From IMG/VR virus record IMGVR_UViG_3300030613_000003, positions 1 through 46,991 of that record: a DNA stretch of 46,991 nucleotides, one strand, 5' to 3'. The position numbers and the translations under genes were made by a program. Positions 45,838 through 46,991 of this stretch are shown in pieces. Positions within the stretch are counted from its first letter, which is position 1, and every line of letters begins with the position of its first letter. The notes beneath the pieces are model-generated. The model saw only the letters and a program-made list of their open reading frames with translations, made no database searches and was not told the DNA's origin. The stretch is from a virus (taxonomy: Duplodnaviria > Caudoviricetes).

Positions 45838-46005
45838 TCAATTCAGACAACATTCAATATATTCGTCACCGAGGTCGTCTGTATGTATGTCGCGGGAATC
45901 ATTTGCATAACCGGTGATGTCATAATCCCGTAAAAGAATCTCGACATTTTCCGGGCAGTCCACTATGCCCACCATCCCGGACTTAACCATTAGTATAATC
46001 TTCAT
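45838..46005 (-). CDS. 55-aa hypothetical protein
   Basis: Manual translation MKIILMVKSGMVGIVDCPENVEILLRDYD...; GAGGAGG RBS. Confidence 0.7.
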   Translation of the reverse strand: MKIILMVKSGMVGIVDCPENVEILLRDYDITGYANDSRDIHTDDLGDEYIECCLN

Positions 46006-46177
46006 TTTTTACCTCCTCGATAATCCAGTTATTTGAGTCCAAGTCGGGGTCGAAATCAGAGTCCCATTCTATCTCAAGGTTGAAGTTTTCCTTCGCTTCC
46101 TGCTCTGTGTAGCCCTCTGCAAAGAAAGCGGCATACCCCATAACAGGAATGAACAATCTGTATCTTTTAAGTTTCAT
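45983..46177 (-). CDS. Hypothetical acidic protein
   Basis: GAGG RBS, 64 aa. Confidence 0.7.
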   Translation of the reverse strand: MKLKRYRLFIPVMGYAAFFAEGYTEQEAKENFNLEIEWDSDFDPDLDSNNWIIEEVKNEDYTNG

Positions 46178-46185
46178 TTTTTACC

Positions 46186-46365
46186 TCACCAATTCGGTTC
46201 GCTATTTTCGTTGGGTTCGTATTGGGGATAACCTTCACCCCAATACGCACAAGGGGGTTGTGGCAGTGGTTCGGTTAATAGACATACCGGCCCGGCACAT
46301 TCGCCCGTACCGTCCGAATCATAGTGCCGACATCCCCTGCACCAAACTTCTGCTGCTGTTTTCAT
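46186..46365 (-). CDS. 59-aa Cys-rich protein
   Basis: Manual translation MKTAAEVWCRGCRHY...; ATGA coupling. Confidence 0.6.
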   Translation of the reverse strand: MKTAAEVWCRGCRHYDSDGTGECAGPVCLLTEPLPQPPCAYWGEGYPQYEPNENSEPNW

Positions 46366-46658
46366 TTGTACCTCGATTCAAAACAGTCATATTGTCGTTT
46401 CCCGGTAACGTCACCCGGACAACCTATTGTTCCATTTTTTATACAGACCTGACAATTTCCTTCGTTTTCCAAATAGGCGATTTCACTTTCGGCACACCCT
46501 TCGTGCATTACACCATTTAATTCATCTGCCCAGACACAATCGTATTCGTCTGGCCCATACAGCTCATCGCTGCAACCAAACGGCTCATCACAGATAGCAC
46601 AGACAACCTCACTATATTCAAGATATTCCACCACATTATCCGGTAATTTGTGTATCAT
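46362..46658 (-). CDS. Cys-rich acidic protein
   Basis: GAGG RBS before 46658; CAIC..H..C..CQVC. Confidence 0.7.
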   Translation of the reverse strand: MIHKLPDNVVEYLEYSEVVCAICDEPFGCSDELYGPDEYDCVWADELNGVMHEGCAESEIAYLENEGNCQVCIKNGTIGCPGDVTGKRQYDCFESRYK

Positions 46659-46672
46659 TTTAATCCTCACTT

Positions 46673-46894
46673 TCAAAATACAAGCTGTTTTCCATCCCAG
46701 GGACAATCAGGACATTCTCTGGCGTGCAAGGCTTCGATTTCCGGCAGACTGTCCTCTATTGCCTTACGGTAGGCAGCATACGTCTCATCATAGGCAGCAT
46801 ACGCCTTATCGCAGGCAGCACACGTCTTACGGTAGGCAGCACACGTCTCAACGACTACAGCATACGCCTTATCGCAGGCAGCACACGCCTCGAT
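46673..46894 (-). CDS. 3' part of origin-spanning heptad-repeat protein
   Basis: IEACAACDKAYA...YRKAIEDSLPEIEALHARECPDCPWDGKQLVF*. Confidence 0.85.
   Translation of the reverse strand: MEACAACDKAYAVVVETCAAYRKTCAACDKAYAAYDETYAAYRKAIEDSLPEIEALHARECPDCPWDGKQLVF
46761..46894. repeat. 21-bp period coding tandem repeat (~6 units)
   Basis: AGGCAGCA at 46771, 46792, 46813, 46834, 46876. Confidence 0.9.
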
Positions 46895-46991
46895 AACAGT
46901 TTTCGGCAGCTTTCCCTTTACTGGCTGAAACAGCCGCAGACGAGTTTCGATTTCGTTTGCCGGTTTGTGGTTCTTGATATACGCTACCCGT
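46895..46991 (+). repeat. Terminal direct repeat, right copy
   Basis: Identical to 1-97. Confidence 0.97.

Noticed and set aside
46761-46894. Possible CRISPR array
   Set aside because: The period is only 21 bp with no unique spacers, and the repeat is in-frame coding sequence of the origin-spanning gene.
46895-46991. Biological terminal repeat of the virion DNA
   Set aside because: It falls mid-gene and has a k-mer-like length; more likely assembler overlap of a circular contig.
1-46991. Alternative genetic code
   Set aside because: Genes tile densely under the standard code, with TAA, TAG and TGA all used as coupled stops.

Overview
The window is a complete, circularly permuted dsDNA tailed-phage genome of 46,894 unique bp. 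Bases 1-97 are repeated exactly at 46895-46991, and a gene reads through the junction. The + strand arm (4053-30164) is a podovirus-like late operon: GroES, a secreted trypsin-like protease, small and large terminase, portal, scaffold, major capsid, decoration, adaptor, nozzle, fibres and internal virion proteins. The - strand arm (46894 to 30150, plus 3341 to 1) holds small early genes, an HTH regulator, nucleotide-metabolism genes, a family A DNA polymerase, VRR-NUC, a PD-(D/E)XK nuclease/Sak4-like ATPase/SSB module and a primase-helicase. I recognised no integrase, endolysin, true tRNA, CRISPR array or reverse transcriptase. Main observations: (1) a 253-aa intein in polymerase motif B whose DNA also encodes a complete HNH-type endonuclease in a different reading frame; (2) four intergenic tRNA-like RNA elements (acceptor stem plus T-arm); (3) a bipartite promoter-like motif at the head of both the late operon and the HTH/replication operon; (4) repeat-bounded early gene cassettes; (5) an apparently split nozzle gene with a duplicated terminal peptide. 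All function calls come from reading motifs by eye, not from database searches.
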